NCBI GenBank assembly: GCA_949358305.1
Contig: OX442314.1
Location: forward strand, 7,502,001-7,566,000
Reading direction: 5' to 3'
Source: Strigamia acuminata
Lineage: Eukaryota
Length of the DNA stretch: 64,000 nt
In this document: piece after piece, positions 61,601-64,000 of the stretch
How positions within the stretch are numbered: the first letter of the stretch is position 1
Layout of the letters: the number at the start of each line of letters is the position of its first letter
Position numbers and translations under genes: made by a program
The notes under the pieces: model-generated
Told to the model about the DNA's origin: nothing
The model's input: the letters and a program-made list of their open reading frames with translations, nothing else
Database searches by the model: none

Positions 61601-64000
61601 CACTCGGCCGCGTGTTCATTTGTGATGCCTGCCGGAACCATGAACGGGTACGCCGTCACAACGGACTTCAATGCTGGCAACTTCTTGGCTGGGGGGCCTG
61701 GTGGAGGTGTTGCCGTCTTGGGAGACTCCACCGGTGTGGGGGTCTTGGACGTCTCAGTTGGTTGAGTGGCTCCACATTGGATCGTTGCCTCGGTGACCGG
61801 AGTCATCGCCAGTTGTGCCGCTTGCTTCACTTCCAATTCTTCATTTGCCTTTTTAGCTTTTAAGCTTAAATTGGCGAGCATTCGGACCTCGTCCTGAGTC
61901 CAAGTGGTAACCTCGTAACCGCCGGGTCGGTGATTGTCTACGATGAACCGTGGGTCTACTAGGATCACCTCTCCTAAATGGGAGTGAATCACTTGACAGG
62001 GGTCGCAGGTGGACCATATACGGGGTCCAGGCTGCGAGGTCCCCATCACCACGTAAGGCAGGACATTTTCATTCCACGGTGAGATTTTCTCACGAATTTT
62101 CCACCCGGAACAATTCGGGCACAGCATTGCGTGACATCCTTGCACGATTCCTATCGCCCAGCCTCCGCCATTGCAAAACGGGCACGTAACCTCCACACGT
62201 TCATCGTAAGGGAGACGACATTTGGGAAGAATGACGTTAACGGCCTTCTCCACGATTTCTCTGCGCTCTGCTTTGGTGCCCTCGATTGGTGCGGCCTTCT
62301 TCAGTTCCTTTACGATTGCGGCTGTGGCTGCGTCCAGTTTTTCTTTAGGGAGGATCGGCGTGGTTTTGGCTGGAACTGGCTTTGCTGCTGCTTTCGTCTC
62401 TCTCTTTTTCTGAGTGACATGGCTGCTGCGATACTGGGTCGGTCGATATTCCGTCCAGTTGGAACTCGTATTGGTTCGAGCTGGCTTTTGCGACGAGTAA
62501 TGATAGACCACTCGTGGCTGTTCAGTCAACGGACGTGGTGGTTCATTCTCAGAATGGAAATGCGGACGGTACGGGTGATTGCTAGTACGAACAGAGCGGC
62601 TGCTTCTCTCTCTGGAGTGCGAGGACTGAGACGCAGAAGTGGAAGGCCGATTCCAGGACTCGTCTCCAATCGTGACTTGAAGCGTGTTTTCCTTTGAGGA
62701 CGTTCCCGAAGCTTCCGCTGACTTCACTAACTTCTTCAGATAGTCGGGCAGTTCTTTTCCCCTTGCTTTGGCCCAATCCATTATGGCCTGAGCACATTCT
62801 CTGCCGGAAGAATAGGTTCCCGCTGACTCTGCAGACTTTAACAATTTCCTCAGGTAGTCGGGTAACTCCTTTCCTCGTGCCTTGGCCCAGTCCAATACAG
62901 CTTGAAAGCCATCAGACCTTGAAGTCTCTTCGTTTCGGGGCGGCCTACCGCGGTCAGGACTTGAATCGCCTGACGTCGACGAGTGATCGTAATGGACGTG
63001 GCGACGTTTATTTGGTGACCTACGTGGCCCTCGATCCTTTCCTAAATTCGAGAAATCACATCAAATGAATTAAAGTTATCGAAAAATAACCTAATCCAGA
63101 TGAATCGCCGATACTTAATATATTTATCGTGACATAAACATATAAATACCAACAAGTCACCAATAATTAATGCCTTTATTGTAAAATAAATGTATTAATT
63201 CAAATAAACCGCTAACATTCTAATATATTTATCGTGGAATAAATATATTAAGTCCTCCTTCCTGGATATTCTCTTTAAAGAGATTGGAATATTAAATAGG
63301 GGAGTAAGGTGAGTTACTCCGTCTATATTCTGACCGTCATTATTGCGAAACACTGAACAATCAAATATTTTTAAACGGTTGAGTTTAAATATTTAAATCG
63401 AACATAGAACATCTCAATTTACGTATTTTCCTTTTCGGAAAGGTCCGTAATATGATAAATATTGTCCTTTAACCGACTAATAAATTTAACAATTTAATTT
63501 AATCGATTAAAAGACGATAATTCAGATACTGGATTCCTGATACGTGTTCAAAGGGTGGCGAACACCCTCTAGTGAGAACTTCCTGTACTTTATAACATGA
63601 CTTGGCGAGTTTTATCTTTCTAGATAACTTCTCGAGTTAATGGCGGTGTATTTGAATATTTTATCATACAAAAATAACACTTTACCACTCATTGTTGAAT
63701 CTTTGCTCGTAAATCCGTGGAAAAATTGACGTTTTCTTTGCTGACGTAATTAATGTTGTCCGTACGAAATTTCCTATTAAAATTCGGTTAAATTTTAAAA
63801 CTCCGGAAATATTAATTAAATTTATCGTTGAATAAATTTAACTTACGAAAAAACCTCGTTGTTTGTCCAAACAAGAGCGTTTATTAACGTCCGGTGTCGG
63901 TGACTGTCGAATAAATTCGACGAGACGAAGTTTTCCGGGCCTAAACCCACGTGGTTTAGCTACGAAGTTTGGGCAAACCTCTTAACTAAAATAAAACCGA
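58660..64000 (-). mobile_element. Ty3/gypsy retrotransposon copy 2 (3' LTR 58660-60358, PPT, ORF3; remainder beyond the window)
   Basis: Reverse complement of about 6158-11478; different 3' flank (AACT vs ACGT), consistent with an independent insertion. Confidence 0.95.
61105..63692 (-). CDS. Gypsy ORF3, copy 2; predicted join(63692..63686,63041..61105)
   Basis: Intact, same length as copy 1, few amino-acid differences; predicted splice signals conserved. Confidence 0.8.

Overview
AT-rich animal genomic DNA (invertebrate, arthropod-like; many short GT-AG introns), densely packed with nested transposable elements; nothing prokaryotic and no CRISPR array. The main host content is a minus-strand cluster of DEG/ENaC (pickpocket/ASIC-family) channel genes: two intact 11-exon copies (15194-19529, about 797 aa; 41760-45841, about 785 aa), one 5'-truncated copy (31698-32674) and small relics. 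Each intact gene encodes two complete DEG/ENaC subunits fused head-to-tail (4 TM), with the junction inside one exon and the intron phase pattern repeated in both halves. The window is bracketed by two inverted copies of a Ty3/gypsy retrotransposon (-1 frameshifted gag-pol, 1.7-kb LTR) that carries a conserved, probably spliced, non-Env third ORF with a CxxC/CxxC zinc-binding motif. Other notable items: a gag-only copia element inside a five-level TE nest, a foldback element carrying an MLH3-like fragment, motif blocks (CTCF-like site, possible structured RNA) shared by divergent gypsy LTRs, and matching hAT termini with identical 8-bp flanks 22.6 kb apart. Exon coordinates and alignments were derived by eye; no database searches were run.
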